From contig NW_027361798.1 of the NCBI RefSeq assembly GCF_039654945.1, positions 3,472,001-3,536,000 of the forward strand: DNA of 64,000 nt. Reading direction: 5' to 3'. The DNA comes from Dendrobates tinctorius. Its lineage: Eukaryota. Below the pieces are notes generated by a model. That model ran no database searches. It was given only the letters and a program-made list of their open reading frames with translations, and had not been told where the DNA came from. The first letter of the stretch is position 1. Each line of letters starts with the position of its first letter. A program made the position numbers and the translations under genes. Below, piece after piece: positions 62,465 to 64,000 of the stretch.

Positions 62465-63991
62465 TCATCTATACCTGTACTTTTTCTTACATACATAAAA
62501 ACACCAAAAAACAAGTTTAAAAAATACATATATTACGAAGATACAAACAACAATACGTAATAGACTTAGTATAATCCCAGCTATCCAGCCTCCAATACCC
62601 TTAAACCAATTAGCTGGATTAAGAAAGGAGAAGGTGTCTGACCACCAACTATCCTTAGTACGATCATTGTCTTTATCGTACTGATCTCTAAGTCTTTGAA
62701 CATCCTCTATTTTTTATCTTAACTTTAACCTACTGTTGGGATCTATATAATGACAGCAAGCGGGTCCGATGACTTGACACATACCTCCTTGCGCTGCAGT
62801 TAAATAATCTAATACTATGGTATGCTGATTAGGGACTATGATGAGCTGATTTTGGACAGCAACGGTGGTGTTCAATATATCCAATATATCCCATATTTGG
62901 TCATCTAAGTAATCTGTAGCCCTGACTAATTTATCCCACATTTGAGTGATCATAGGATAAATAAAAATAGAGCTGACAATTTTATTAGCCACACTCATCT
63001 GCACTATATGTGGTCTCCCAGAGAGGCGAGGTGTATTGTCAGCAGCTCTTTTGTACAACGTGTGTTTGGGTATTGCCTTCATATCTAATTGTTGGTTTGG
63101 AACGATAAAGGTAGCCGGAGTCAAACGTCCCAGAGTACAAGTACCTCTTACCCCTACTGGCAACCATTTATATGCATTGTCTCCACATATCCAGTACATG
63201 TCACTAGGTAGGTCCCATAGGGCTGAATGTTGTAATACCAGTCTATGGACTAAATCTATGAACGCAGATACATTCTGAAGCATACACCAATTTGGAAGTT
63301 GTCCTAAAGGGCTACAATACCCTACATCGGGATTTCCACAGGTGGGAGTTCCTTTCTCATATCCAGATAACTCGTTACAAGGTATATTACCTGAAATATT
63401 AATACAAGTTTCGTTAGTGCCCTGGGGAAATAAATTGGAATACTCCCAGGACGTATTATGCAACCTTCTTTCTAGCAGTATTGGCTTAAAGGCGTCAGTA
63501 GAGTGAGAAGTTACACTAAAACTAACTTGTAGGCCATACATTGGAATTTGCCCCAGGTAGGTTAATCGAGTTCTATTCCTGGGTACCCAAGCTCCCCCTT
63601 TATATGCCAGATATTGAAGGTGTGTATTACTTCCTGAAAGGTTACCCTGCCACCAAGGGTATCCTACCCATCCCACAATAGGTATACCGACAGTTGTGTT
63701 CCATAACTTCACATTATTTGTGGCATTATTAGCAAGTGTATCAGAACAACTGGTCCAGGCAAATAATTCCTCGGGTGGCACAGGAATAACAAGGAACGGA
63801 ATACTAGTGGCTGATACTGGTGAATGTGTGCAGATCCAGCAGTCTGCTGGAGACTGAGTGTCTTTTGACCAATCATTTAGTATTTTTTCATGATGTTGTA
63901 TAAACTTATTATTCAAGGACATTGGAGAATTTAGATTGTCCCACGCAGCTACCATTATTACAGAAAATGCAACAAAACCAAACCAAAACAT
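62465..63991 (-). pseudogene. env: Gamma-type retroviral envelope; 425-aa ORF ends at a TAA (62714-62716) before the transmembrane helix, which follows in frame
   Basis: Hydrophobic signal peptide, CWIC motif, basic cleavage site LYKR, fusion peptide, ISD-like NQHTIVLDYLTAAQGG, CX6CC (CQVIGPACC). After the stop: KIEDVQRLRDQY...WFKGIGGWIAGIILSLLRIVVCIFVIYVFFKL. Confidence 0.88.
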
Positions 63992-64000
63992 TATGCACTC

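Larger units (their letters stand above)
61798..64000 (-). mobile_element. 3' end of an endogenous retrovirus (env, PPT, 3' LTR) inserted in satellite A; continues past the right edge
   Basis: On the minus strand: env, then PPT AAAGGGGGGAA, then TGATAGG...CCCGACA abutting the satellite. Confidence 0.9.

Overview
Vertebrate DNA, most likely a frog (inferred from the H1 sequence and the transposon families). It holds one replication-dependent histone quintet: H1(-), H4(+), H2A(-), H2B(+), H3(-). Each gene has its 3' stem-loop and a recognisable promoter. The quintet is flanked on both sides by a 36/33-bp G-rich satellite (about 26 kb on the left, 1.4 kb on the right). Main observation: the satellite monomer appears to be an amplified copy of the H1 pre-mRNA 3'-processing signal, namely the 3' arm of the stem-loop, the cleavage site and a downstream element that is a 9-nt complement of U7 snRNA. 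The array starts exactly at the H1 stem-loop. The spacers also contain a second 32-bp minisatellite, two young 5'-truncated CR1 LINEs and a four-level transposon nest between H4 and H2A (hAT > Gypsy A > Gypsy B and a solo LTR > hAT MITE). The 3' end of an endogenous retrovirus (env with a stop just before the membrane anchor, plus the 3' LTR) lies at the right edge. H4 carries an in-frame 9-bp duplication in its N-terminal tail. The very long ORFs in the track are artefacts of the satellite.
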